This document shows positions 11,569-23,879 of a stretch of DNA of 64,000 bases, piece by piece (within the stretch, counting starts at the first letter, position 1; each line of letters opens with the position of its first letter). The stretch is from Eledone cirrhosa (Eukaryota): assembly GCA_964016885.1 (NCBI GenBank), contig OZ024740.1, positions 158,038,001 to 158,102,000 on the forward strand, written 5' to 3'. The notes below the pieces were generated by a model. That model had not been told where the DNA came from, made no database searches, and was given only the letters and a program-made list of their open reading frames with translations. Position numbers and translations under genes: made by a program.

Positions 11569-13270
11569 TCTTTATATATATAAAAGCGAGGATGTGTGTG
11601 TGTCTGTGTACAACTTTGCATGCTTAAGGCTTTTACAATTACCAACTGAATTTGACCAAATTTTCTGTGCACGTTGCACATGTCGCTAAGATTGTCACAT
11701 CACAAACATTTTTCAAATCGACCCACGTTGAGCAATAAAAAATCGATATCAAAATTATCGGTAGCAAAATTGATGTAAGGGAGATAACCAACTTTATTGA
11801 CAATCCTTATAAAAAAGGGAGATAACCAACTTTTCAGAAATATAAACATCACATTCATTTGAAGATAAATCACTAATATTATCGTTTGTTTCTTGTTTAT
11901 TCTTTGTTGCACTTTCAAAGTTAAAAAAACACTTCTCGTTTTAACTTGTTTCACTATATTAAGTGTTAATTTTCGCGTTAAGGGCCTAATCTCGCAGCAG
12001 TCTCGAATTGACGAGATTTTGATGATGGTTTGTTTATTTTTTCAACAATCGTTATGGGACTTTCCATTCAGATCTACAACTTTTACATTTTTAAAACTTT
12101 CATAAGCCATGTTGATACAAAAAAAAATTTGTTGCACTTTCAAAGTTAACTGTAACGCTTCAATTCATACATTTTTACTTTACAACTTTTCACCAAATAT
12201 GCCCCGTAAAAGAAAGTATGCACATATTGGCTATCGGTCGAAGAAAACAATGCGTGTAAATGACGCTCCGCCGATAACCGAAAATAGACAATCACTAAAT
12301 GCGGTGAGTACAGTTATTGCAACATCTTTGTCCGCCGCTGAGCGTCGGTTAGTGCGGCGAACCAATAATGCTAAAGCAACTGTTGCAGCACGAGCTACAG
12401 AGACTACAGAGCAACGTGAAACACGCCTTGCTATGGATGCTACAGATACTGCTGCAGCAAGATCTGCAGAGACAGTACAAAAATATGAAAGACGCCGTGC
12501 GCGTAATGCTTCAGCTAATGTTGCAGCAAGAGCAATTGGGACTGAGCAAGAATGTCAAAGTCGGCATTTGAGAAATGCTTCAGCTACTGCTACGGCACGA
12601 GCTGTAGAGACTGTAACAAGTCGAGCTATTCGGCTGGAGGGTAACGCTCAGGGTAGAGCTTTATCGCGGGGTATTTCCTTTTCGCACGGACAATTCTACG
12701 TTGCCTGCTCACGAGTTGGCAGTCGAGATAATCTCTTTGCGTTTGTTCCGAAAAGAAAAACAAAGAATATCGTCTATCCTGAAGTGCTTTAGTGTTAACA
12801 AAAAAACTTATTACAGCTCTGCCTTGACTTCACCTTACTCATTACAAAACATACCAATGAATATGTCATGCAGGATATTTTGGATTATAAGTTAAAAATT
12901 TAACCATACACAGCAAAGGATGCTCTCAAAGAATAGATTTTCTCTTATTCTACTCTCATTGTTTTTTTGTTTGTATACAACTCTGCTTTCATTACAACTT
13001 TTTGTACTTTTGCAAAACTGCCTGTTTTTTTACAGATTTGCAACGTGTATTGTCTTTAGTCATTTGTATAACTACATCCTGTTCAGTGTTTTCCTTCATT
13101 ATCAGCATAGTTTTATGTGTACAAATATTGCACTAAATATTCGTTTGCATTAATTATTGAAGACTTCTGCTTATTTTGACAGGCTGGGGACAAATAATGT
13201 TCTTTTACTTCCTAGCTGTATATTCTTAGCATAATTTCAAACCCCGAGCCACGCCGGGTAAATCTGCTAG
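11569..13270 (+). mobile_element. Non-autonomous Helitron with both termini (internal deletion derivative)
   Basis: 5' A|TCTTTATATATATAAAAG. 3' hairpin CCCGAGCCACGCCGGG followed by CTAG|T at 13267-13270. Internal RepHel remnant. Confidence 0.88.
12199..12792 (+). CDS. Helitron RepHel remnant ORF: N-terminal repeats fused in frame to the helicase C-terminus (197 aa)
   Basis: MPRKRK start, ETTEQRETRL-type repeats, then FSHGQFYVACSRV..KTKNIVYPEVL* (Pif1 motif VI and terminus). Confidence 0.7.
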   Translation: MPRKRKYAHIGYRSKKTMRVNDAPPITENRQSLNAVSTVIATSLSAAERRLVRRTNNAKATVAARATETTEQRETRLAMDATDTAAARSAETVQKYERRRARNASANVAARAIGTEQECQSRHLRNASATATARAVETVTSRAIRLEGNAQGRALSRGISFSHGQFYVACSRVGSRDNLFAFVPKRKTKNIVYPEVL

Positions 13271-13287
13271 TATATATATACATATTG

Positions 13288-13432
13288 AATTAGTTCCATA
13301 ATTCCACAACAGTTAATAAACCCTTTTCTGGGACGCATGTTTCACCTTGCAGAATTTCAACTCGAGTTGAAAATCCGCAAGATGAAACGTGCGTCCTCGA
13401 AATTGGTTTATTAACTGTTGTGGAACTAATTC
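13288..13432. repeat. Imperfect palindrome centred on CAACTCGAGTTG, Penelope pLTR-like
   Basis: Arms ccacaacagttaataaacc/ggtttattaactgttgtgg and ggacgcatgtttca/tgaaacgtgcgtcc. Confidence 0.75.
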
Positions 13433-13500
13433 CTGCTGAACTCGACCCATGGACTGGGTGCTCTACTACTAGGGATATAACCTGCCTGTGTTCTACCGCA

Positions 13501-13562
<62 letters not shown>

Positions 13563-13566
13563 TAAT

Positions 13567-14650
13567 GCTTTCTTTATTAACCACAAGGGTTTACATAAAG
13601 TAGACATTAAGGACAGTACAGGACAATATAGGACGGTACAAATGGCCATTTCTGCGTGTAAATAAAACAAAAACAGAGGATGTAACAAAAAAGAAACAAT
13701 GAAAAATTCCCCAATAGGGAGGACACTTCCGAGGGCCATCATGAAGAAAGCCCATTAAAAAAAGCCACGGTGACCCTGACCACCAGGGCAAGTGCCCTCT
13801 CCCAGTTTTCCACCTTCAATTTACAGGCACATACTCAGAGTAGGCCCATTCACTCGGGCCATTCTTGCCTCTCTCACCCATCTTTCAACAAAATGCTGGG
13901 AAGAGAGCACTTCCCTCTCTACCCTGATTTTCCTTTTCAAATGAAAGTTGAAAAAGTTAATCAGGGCATCACCGAAGAGGTAAGTGCTCGCCTTCAGCCC
14001 TTTCAGACGCGTCCACTATACTATCTTTTTCGCCATGGCCACCAGACAGATAAAAATGCCTGCCCTTCCCGGCTAAAGGAAGAGGGCGGGGCAATCCTCA
14101 CGATGGACTCAGATGATAGCCGGATCCGTTCTACACGCGACAGAAAGTGTTCGACATAAACCCCAAAGTCAGCAATGCTCGGACTCTGAACGAGTGCGTG
14201 CAGGACGGTTTCGTTGCTCTGTGCGCATCTCGGACATGCCCGGCTGACGGCACTTCCATGCCTGTAGAGTTTATGCCGAACTGCCAAAGCTCCTCGGTAA
14301 CACTGCCATGTCTGGGATTTCTGGAAATTGTCCATAGGCCCCGGCCCGAAAGTTCTTCCGAAGAGATTGGCTAGTTGATTTTCGTCGACGCCTAGAGTTT
14401 CCCCAAGTACGTCGACGCTCTTCCCCTCCACTAATCCTCTATAGAACGCCAAAGTGGAGTTTCCACCGATCACATTGCCCGATTGGTCGAGGGCTGTGAA
14501 CGCCTGAAGACATTCCAGTCTCCAAGCGCTCCCTCTCGGTCTTCGCTTGACCCAGGACTGCAGCTCCGTCAAGGAGACGAGCTGGGGAAAGACGCGTCTA
14601 TCAAACGGCGACCACAATAATGATTTCATTTATTTGTCACAAGGGCCGAC
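13567..14650 (-). mobile_element. Tx1/L1-clade LINE 3' fragment (subfamily B) plus a ~30-bp subfamily-A 3' end at 14621-14650
   Basis: ORF 14021-14629 includes the CPRC...ETVLHAL zinc knuckle. The 3' end abuts (AAT)n at 13508-13566. Confidence 0.88.
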
Positions 14651-15751
14651 ATAATACAAGGACGATTTGTTAAGCCTTCATTAGGTTTGTTGATTGGCGA
14701 CGCGCGTTTCGTTATTGATGAGCTCAAGATCTGTATCGTAATGAAGCTTAACAAATCGTCCTTTTATTATCATATTACACTCTGTCTAGCTCTACATCTC
14801 GCTACTGACGTGAACCTAAACATCGAGTGCTCACCTGGGTGAACCTAGTAACTTCATGTTACACTCCCCGCTTATATATGTATATATATATATATATATA
14901 TATGAATATACCTCCACTAATATACACACCCCACATACACATCCACCCTCTCCCTCAACCTTTCTCACATACCCATCCCCTCCCCTGTCCATCGCACCTC
15001 CGCACATACACACACATTCCACACCACATACAGACAATCGCTACAACTGTCACTTTCCTACTGCTATCTCCTTCCCCTCACATCCTTCGCCCTGCCATGA
15101 CCCTGTGACCACTTCCTGTTGCGCGCGCACCCCACACTCTTCACTTCCTCACTACCATACCAGGATTTTGCACCACCGGTCCACCGCTCCAGCCACTGAC
15201 CCTTCCAAACTCGGAATCTCCAACATCCGGTCTTACAGTCCGTGAAAAAAAACCCCAGAAACACACACACACACACACACCCAAACACTTACACTATTTT
15301 TGCACTACGCAACCATACACCCACACCACACAAAAACACACACACGTGCGTATCCTCACATACACACACTGAGCCTCTGGAATCCACACGCCCCCTCTCC
15401 CCCACCCTCTCTAACCCCTCTCCATCCACACGCACACACACACCGACATTCACCCCACCCCATGTACACACCGGTTTCCCTATTACCCGAACATGGAACC
15501 ACGTTCTTCCCCCAACTCTCACATTCACATCCACACACACACACACGTACACCTACCCACATGCCACACACCAACTTCAGCTCTCTCCGCTCGGACCCCC
15601 GTCTCCCTCTCCCGTCTCAACCCCCTCACACCCTTTCACCACTTGTTTCATTTTAATTTTTTTTTACCCTCTAAAAAAATGCCCCCCCCCCCTTTTAATA
15701 TCTTTCTACCACTCCCCCTTACACCCTCGGAACTCTTTTCCTGCCCACTTT

Positions 15752-15790
15752 TCCCCTGATGAAGGGATTATGCCCGAAACGTCGTCCCCC
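15752..15790 (+). ncRNA. Minimal hammerhead core at the end of a CA/CT-rich Penelope-like remnant (about 14900-15890)
   Basis: CTGATGA-agggattatgccc-GAAAC-gtcGTC. Stem I is not evident. Confidence 0.55.
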
Positions 15791-15984
15791 ACCCCCACTC
15801 TCAAGCGTGAAACTAATATTAACATTTGTACTGCCTCTTCGTTTCCACGTTGTCTTTTTGTTTTTTATTCACTGTCTAAACTATAATATAAATATATATA
15901 TATCATATATATATATATATTACTTCAAAATATTAATAAATATAGATATTCATGTGATCAAATATATTTTATTATACATATTTC

Positions 15985-16026
15985 AGAGGTACTGAGCTAT
16001 TTCAACAGTACGTCCTCATCAGATAA
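15985..16026 (-). ncRNA. Hammerhead core; degenerate sister copy at 31366-31406
   Basis: Minus strand: CTGATGA-ggacgtactgtt-GAAA-tagctc. Confidence 0.55.
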
Positions 16027-16148
16027 AATAAGTTGATGCCTGGCATACCTTGACTATGTTGATGGTTATAATTCAGTTATGACAGTAGAGTGCTTCTAAT
16101 CTATTGTGAAACTTTATTCATTGATTAATTCATTGAACCTTGTTAAAC

Positions 16149-16292
<144 letters not shown>

Positions 16293-16402
16293 GGATATAC
16301 GTTCCTTCACGCACAAGGCGCCAAGGTACGCATGTATTGTCCAACCAAATGCCAGTGTGGTTCAATGGCGGGTTAATAAATTAACGAGCCAGAACAAATA
16401 GA

Positions 16403-16975
16403 AACAAGGTTTAGCAAATAATGAAAAAGTTTCAAAATAAATTTTTAAAAATTGACTTTACCTACTATAGTTACCTTTACCGATCGGTTTCGAATCCCAA
16501 AAATAAAACGGAGACCATACGGCCTTCGTTGCAAAGAAAGATTCTCGTCAGAAGGTTCTTTTCACTCAAAGAATATAAAATTCCTGAATTTAAATCACAA
16601 ACTAGCGCTATCAAAACTGTTCCTGGGATGAGAGTGGATGAAGAAACAGGTTTATCAAGGGCCGTAGCAAAGATAGAGGCAAAAGGAGGTAGGTCAAACT
16701 AGCCACAGCTATTGTACGGCCCTTGATAAACCTGTTTCTTCATCCACTCTCATCCCAGGAACAGTTTTGATAGCGCTAGTTTGTGATTTAAATTCAGGAA
16801 TTTTATATTCTTTGAGTGAAAAGAACCTTCTGACGAGAATCTTTCTTTGCAACGAAGGCCGTATGGTCTCCGTTTTATTTTTGGGATTCGAAACCGATCG
16901 GTAAAGGTAACTATAGTAGGTAAAGTCAATTTTTAAAAATTTATTTTGAAACTTTTTCATTATTTGCTAAACCTT

Positions 16976-16979
<4 letters not shown>
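16403..16979. repeat. Near-perfect ~265-bp inverted repeat with an intact hammerhead in each arm
   Basis: 16403-16666 mirrors 16715-16979 (identical translations in the ORF track). HHR on + at 16825-16908: acctt-CTGACGA-gaatc...gattc-GAAAC-cgatcgGTA-aaggt. Mirror copy at 16473-16556. Confidence 0.9.
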
Positions 16980-17039
<60 letters not shown>

Positions 17040-17169
17040 AGACTAGAAATGGGTGTGTAGTTGCTATTTAAGGTAACTTAAAATGCAGTGGGAATACGAA
17101 GAAAACAAGAACAGGTGGGGGGGGGGGTTCCTCATCAGTTGTCTACTGGGGGTCTAGGATATTTCTACG

Positions 17170-17204
<35 letters not shown>

Positions 17205-17221
17205 CATATATATATACATAC

Positions 17222-17271
<50 letters not shown>

Positions 17272-17273
<2 letters not shown>

Positions 17274-17920
17274 TGAGATAAGCAGAACAAGCAAAATTCA
17301 AACAATTTTTTTAAATAAATTAAAAAATATAATTTAAATATTTACTTACTCCAGTGCTTTTACCATTGAACAACCCTGTATCATAGACAACCTATATATT
17401 TCCAGGGGTACTTAGTACCCGTGGGCATATTAACTTCATTTAATATACTCCGTTATGTAGAGAACAAATCTGTTGTTCTATTTGGCTGCTATTTTTAGTA
17501 GCGTTGTAGACAACACGTCTATGTTTACTTCCGCTTTTGCTACGGACTGGTTCAAGTATAGGTCAAATTTTGGCATCATTCGATCCTGTACTAGCTAGTA
17601 GATGGCAATATATTTTGCCGTTCCTGGGACTTTTGTCCTTGGAAAGGAAAATGCTCTCTGATGAACTTCACTTTTCCATTGGTGGTCCCTTGGATTTCTA
17701 ATGTTTTGTGAAGCGAAACCGACCGGTAAAAGCACTGGAGTAAGTAAATATTTAAATTATATTTTTTAATTTATTTTAAAAAATTGTTTGAATTTTGCTT
17801 GTTCTGCTTATCTCAATATTATAGTTCTGGTCTGTCAAATTAATACCATTGAACAACCCTGTATCATAGACAACCTATATATTTCCAGGGGTACTTAGTA
17901 CCTGTGGGCATATTAACTTC

Positions 17921-17922
<2 letters not shown>
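17272..17922 (+). mobile_element. ~485-bp HHR module with ~80-bp terminal redundancy and a 5' inverted segment, in (TA)n
   Basis: 17361-17440 is repeated at 17844-17922, and 17272-17362 is inverted against 17727-17817. HHR at 17652-17734: CTGATGA-acttcac..gtgaagc-GAAAC-cgaccgGTA. Confidence 0.82.
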
Positions 17923-18014
<92 letters not shown>

Positions 18015-19692
18015 CAATTTTACGTGTTCCAGACGAAAAACTGACTGAGATCATGCTGAGGAACCACCATTGTTGTTGCATTTTTTTATAGCTGTCCGTC
18101 TTTCGTTAGCCATTAATTCATGGGGAAGTTTGACGCAGCCGACTTAATTTGTGTTTATTGTCATGCTGTAGGTTCATCTGGGATTTAGACAGTTGAATGC
18201 CGAGATCCTTCTTGAAAACATTTACATCTAACCAATGTAGATCTCTCGTTTTTGTTTTTAGCATATTAAAGGACTGGGGCCATCAAACCTTGTCTATTGT
18301 AGTAGCTGGTCCTTACTCTGTGTGGAGGGTGAGGGCTTGACACTGAGCAATAACATCCTGTTCAGTGATTAGTCATGCTCTCAATGCCAAAGTTTAATGT
18401 TAGCCCTACTGAAAACGTGTGTTGAAACATATATTGTTATACTTTGGAAGTCATGCTGCCAATAAAAACACACACCTGTTGAATTTCACTTCAATTTATT
18501 ATTATAATTTCCCAGTCGGTTAGTTTAATAGATTTCTTGGGAGCTATAGGTGTCACCCATTGCTCCATCTCCCCCTGTAGTTACCGATGTTGGTCCGGAG
18601 TTGCTTATTTGTCCGGCAGTTGCCCGCTTATATCGCAACTAACCATCATACCCGGTGGCCGTATCACTATCTGCCACCTGCGACCCGTTCTTTAACAGAA
18701 CAGCTCTGCCGGATGGTTTAGTTGTTGATTGTCAAAGTTCTTTCACCACACATCCTGTGACCTCTTCAGTGACTACTTTTGTTGTTACTTTGTTTCTCTC
18801 CCTTGTTCTGTCTTACACTATCTTGTTTTTGTTAGCTGTGTGCTTGGGATGCGCAAGCATTGTATGTGCGTGTGTATGTGCGTGTGTATGTGCGTGGTGT
18901 TATTTATTCATTTATTTGTTTATGTATCTATTTATTTTCTCTTTTTCCTAGTTGCCACTTGTTCTATCTGTGTGTGTCTTTATATTGTCCTTAGTTACTA
19001 CAGTGTGGGCTTATTACTATTCCTCTCGTGCTTTCTATTTAGTTTTGATTGGAGTTCGTTTATGTATGTTACTTCAGTAATCTGTCGATTACTGTCGATC
19101 ACTTCTCTGAAACACCACTATATGTTTTCTGGCCTTTTGTGATAGTCCATTCAGAAATATGCAGTCATAAAATCACTGAGAATATCAGAATGTTCCTGCA
19201 AAAATATCTCAGGGGACCAAGAAATGTTTACCACGTGATCTATGGTTTACTGATCAGTCGTGTAAATGTGTGTAGTTAAATGATCGATGGAGGACAGTTT
19301 TCAGGCAATTTTTGTTTGCAAAAATATTCGTATTCATAGTTATGGGGATAAAAATAGAAGATTAAGACACTAAATACCGATTAAATCGATGTTTGCATTA
19401 AAGTAACGCCTCAGTCAATCTCAACAAATGACCATGTTGAATATATCATATATAAGTATATAAGACCAGTCAACTCTCCCCGTTCTACGGAGACATCTCC
19501 CACCCACTTTGGGGTGGATGGGAGATGCCTTCTCTTGTGAAAATGGGTATAGCTTTCATTATGTAAAATTTCCCATTATGCCTCATTTCTCCCCATTTTG
19601 GGGCACTTTTTTCATGGTACTCACCGTTTGGGTTTTTAGAGGTTGGCAGGTCTGTATATATGTGTGTGTGTATTTATGTATGTGTGTGTATG

Positions 19693-19790
<98 letters not shown>

Positions 19791-20248
19791 TGTGTGTTTG
19801 TGTGTGTGAGTGTGTGTTCGCTTATCTGTTTGGGAAGATAGCGCATTGCAGCTATAAGCAATCTGGAAATGAAAAAAAGTGTACAGCGAGAATCAAATCC
19901 CGCATCTGCCGTATACCGAACGACTGTCTTTAAACATTACACTGACTTAGAGACATTTATATATATATATATATATATATTGGATAACAAGTTATCGTTA
20001 TAGGTAATCCAGTTAGAGTACTCCGCGTCGTGGATAGTTTTAACGTACGGCTTTGTTTGACTCAACAAGATGTTTCCATAGTTATGCAGCGAGTTCGCGG
20101 TAATTTCTATGCAGGTTATACTTGGAGTAATAATAGTTAAAGAAAGAAGTGTAACGCGATTAGTGTACTCTAAACGCACCTAATCAACGAAATAATTGTC
20201 AGTACTTTAAATAAAGCCCTTATTGTAACCATGTTACTCTTCTTTCTT

Positions 20249-20341
<93 letters not shown>

Positions 20342-20343
<2 letters not shown>

Positions 20344-22580
20344 TTTCATTTATTAGCCACAAGGGCCGACATGTAGGGGACAATACAAAGACAGGGACAG
20401 TGGGGGTTTACAATAAGGTCGAGTAAAAGTGCACAATGGCAAGACTAATTTAACAATATAGGCGCATGGTCAGAGTAGGCCCATTCACACGAGCCATTCT
20501 CGCCACATTCAGCCACCTTTTAGCAAATGTACTGGGGGGTAGCACTTCTCTCTCCACCCTCACCTTCCTTTCCAGGTGAAACTTGAAGAAGTTGATGAGG
20601 GATTGGCCAAAGAGAAAAGTGTCTGTCTTTAGTCCTTTCAACCTGGTCCACCATATAATCTCTTTCGCAACTGCCACCAGACAGAGGAAAATTTCCTGCT
20701 CTTCCTGACCTAAGGAAGGCGGTGGATCGATCTTCACTATGGACTCGGCCGATAGCCGGATTCGTTCTACACGCGACAGTAGCTGTTCGACATAACTCCA
20801 CAAGTCAGTAATGCACGGACATTGGACAAGTGCGTGCAGAACGGTTTCGTCGTTCTGTGCGCATCTTGGGCAGGTCCGTCTGACAGCACTTCCGTGCCTG
20901 TAGAGTTTATCCCGAACCGGCAGTGCCCCCGGTAGCACTGCCAAGCGAGGGATTTCTGGAAATTGTCCATCGTCCCCGGCTCAAAAGTCCTCCGGTACAG
21001 ACTGGTCAGTTCGACTTCGTCGAGGCCCAAAGCTTCTCCGAGTGCGTCATCGCACTTGCCCACCACTAATCCTCTATAGAACTCGAGAGTGGAAGTTCCA
21101 CTGATCGCATTGCCCGCTTAGTAGAGGGCAGTGAGTGCCTGGCAACATTCCAGGTGCCAGTCACCCAGTCTCGGTCTCTTCTTGACCCAGGACTGCAGCT
21201 CAGTCAAAGAAATGAGCTGCGGAAAGGCCCGTCTGATAAACGGCGAGCACACCTGTTCACCGTTGAGGCAGAATATCTGTAGATGTCGCAGCCTCAACGC
21301 ATGTCTGCGCATCATTAGCCACGGCATGCCCAGCCCTCCGCGTAGAGGGTGCTGGCAGCAGATGGACCGCCTCACAAACGGAACTTGTCCCCTCCACAAG
21401 AATTTGAAGAGGAGCCGTTCCAACTTGACGAGGCGCCGACGGGGGCAAGGCACAACGGTCAGACGGTAGTAGATGACGGACGCGATGTACGCATTCGCCA
21501 CCTCCGCGCGACCTTTCAGTGATAGCTTCCTCCCAGCCCATTTTTGGGTAAGACTGGCTACTCTGCTCGTTACCTCGTCCCAATTCTTTTCCACCTGGAG
21601 GTCTGGTCCGAACCAAACTCCGAGCAACTTTACCGGTCCGTCCGTCCAGCGCCCCACGACGTTGTTGGACGGCATGGGCTTGCCTCTCCAGGTTCCGAGC
21701 CCACCGACTTTTCCGGGTTAAGTTTGGCTCCTGTTAACCTTTCATATTCCTTCAATAAGGTGCCGACCACCTCGATTTCTGAGGTGTTCGACACCATCAC
21801 GGTGATGCCGTCCGCATAAGCCGACACCGCCTTCCCACGTCCCGGTTCGAGCGGGATGCCCTGCAACAGCTCCAGCTTCCGCAGTAAAGGCTCGAGAGTC
21901 AATACGTACAGAAGGGAAGAGAGAGGGCACCCTTTACCGATCGGGAGAGCCGAAATGGTTCCGAGAGGTGGCCATTAACCTTGACCACCGAGCGTGTGCC
22001 GCTGTGCATTGCAACGATCCAGCTTCTAAAGACAGGGCCGAAGCCAGCTGCTTTGTGGACAAACTCCAGATACCGATGGTCGACCCTATCGAATGCTTTC
22101 GATTGATCTAAATTGATCAGTGCCCCACCGAAGCCAGGTTTACACCCTACCCTCTCTATGATGTATCGCATGAGGTGGAGATTGTCGTGTATGGACCTGG
22201 CTGGGATTGCGCAAGTTTGCGCCTCCACAACCAAATCCTCGACGACAAGCGCCAATCTCTTTGCTAACACCTTGGCCAAAATCTTAAACTCTGTGTTGAG
22301 CAGAGTTATGGGCCTGAAGTTGTCTAATGTATCCCTCTTGTTCTCGTCTTTCCTTATCAGCGTCACCCTCCCCTGCTCACAGAACTGGGAATATTCCCAT
22401 TCTGCTGCCAGTTGCAGTAGGGTGCTTCGAGGAGTTCAGAGAACAAGTCTGGCATATTTACGTAAAGCTCGTAGGGCAGGCACTCCAAACCGGGTGACTT
22501 GCGCCTCATGCAGCCGACAAGGGCGTCCTGAATTTCGGCTGAAGTAATCGGCCTTTCGCAGCGCTCAGCGTCGACCGTCG
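20342..22580 (-). mobile_element. Tx1/L1-clade LINE, 5'-truncated: RT through zinc knuckle (best-preserved copy, subfamily A)
   Basis: NFRPITLLNTEFKILAKVLA, LDQSKAFDRVDH, AYADGITV, KLLGVWFG and CPRC..ETVLHALVQC motifs, frameshifted. The 3' end abuts (AAT)n at 20288-20341. Confidence 0.92.
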
Positions 22581-23171
22581 AAATATGTATAATGAAATAA
22601 ATATGGTTTTATAAATATAGTTTCCATTTGTTAATATCGTATTTTTACTCCAAATATTTGTTGAGTGCTTTGGTATCCCAACAATTCAAATGTAACTTTG
22701 ACATATATATATATATATATATATACGATATTAATAAATGGACACTATATTTATAAAACCATATTTATTTCATTATACATATTTCAGGGATACCAAATTA
22801 AATTATGGTATGCCTTCATCAGACAAAATACAATATATAACAGTTTTACAAATAAGCTTTGACGTACCCTATTAAAATGCAACCATTATTTTTGGAAGCC
22901 ATCTGGATGGCTTCCAAAAATAATGGTTGCATTTTAATAGGGTACGTCAAAGCTTATTTGTAAAACTGTTATATATTGTATTTTGTCTGATGAAGGCATA
23001 CCATAATTTAATTTGGTATCCCTGAAATATGTATAATGAAATAAATATGGTTTTATAAATATAGTTTCCATTTATTAATATCGTATATCTACTCCAAATA
23101 CTTGTCGAGTGCTTTATATCAGTTATAAAAATATTTACTTGTTGTATCCCAACAATGTTAAATAGAACTTT

Positions 23172-23176
<5 letters not shown>
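22580..23176. repeat. Large palindrome with a hammerhead in each arm plus a partial tandem copy
   Basis: Centre GAAGCCATCTGGATGGCTTC at about 22904, arms about 22725-22900 and 22907-23085. HHR on + at 22982-23038: CTGATGA-aggcatacca..tggtatccct-GAAA-tatGTA. 22580-22700 repeats 23024-23175. Confidence 0.85.
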
Positions 23177-23216
<40 letters not shown>

Positions 23217-23220
<4 letters not shown>

Positions 23221-23792
23221 AATAAGGTTAATATATATCTGAGGGTACAATGTACCCCCGGAAATATATAGTGTGTCTATGATTTAAGGTGGTTCTATGG
23301 TAATAATTTGATATACCAGAACTTAATATCAAGATAAGCAGAACAAGTAAAATTCAACCAATTTTTCAAAATAAATCAAAATTAATATACAATTAAAATT
23401 AATCAAAATTAAAAAATATAATATAAATATTTACCTATTCAAATGGCCCTAACTGTACAGTTTCACGATGCAAAACATTAGCTATCACGTGGATATTAAT
23501 GGAAAAGCAAAGATCATCAGAGAAGCATTTTCCTGTCCTAGGGTTAAAAACCCCAGGAACGACAAAATATATGACCTCACTCCAACTAATTCAGGTCTGA
23601 AAGGTCGTGAAAGTGACCCGTAAATACATTGGTGTATAGTGAAGGCGGGAAATCGTAGACTAGCCGTCTATGATCGCTACCAAAAAAGATTTTTAGCAAC
23701 TAAATAGAACGACAGGATTTTTCTCTACATACTGGAGAATATTGAATAAGGTTAATATATATCTGAGGGTACAATGTACCCCCGGAAATATA
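23217..23792 (-). mobile_element. ~523-bp HHR module with ~52-bp terminal redundancy (diverged relative of 17272-17922)
   Basis: 23217-23268 is identical to 23740-23791. Minus-strand CTGATGA...GAAAC at about 23448-23527. Colinear similarity to the 17-kb module. Confidence 0.78.
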
Positions 23793-23879
23793 TTAGAAAG
23801 TGATGTTTTTTTACAAAATGAAAAAAAAACGAGGTGTCCTACACGAGTGAAAGTATAAGGAAAAAAGATAAAATAAGGA

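Noticed and set aside
14695-14735. Additional hammerhead-like remnants (also about 30226, 39965, 47365, 53880, 54860 and 56462)
   Set aside because: Only one half of the core (GAAAC plus palindrome, or a mutated CTGANGA) is present, so they are not counted.
14856-15886. His/Thr/Pro-rich ORFs of 129-214 aa
   Set aside because: Low-complexity CA/CT-rich sequence open in several frames on both strands.
16421-16960. Twin identical 83-93 aa ORFs on opposite strands
   Set aside because: A by-product of the inverted repeat. The conserved feature is the hammerhead on the antisense strand, and no protein motif is visible.
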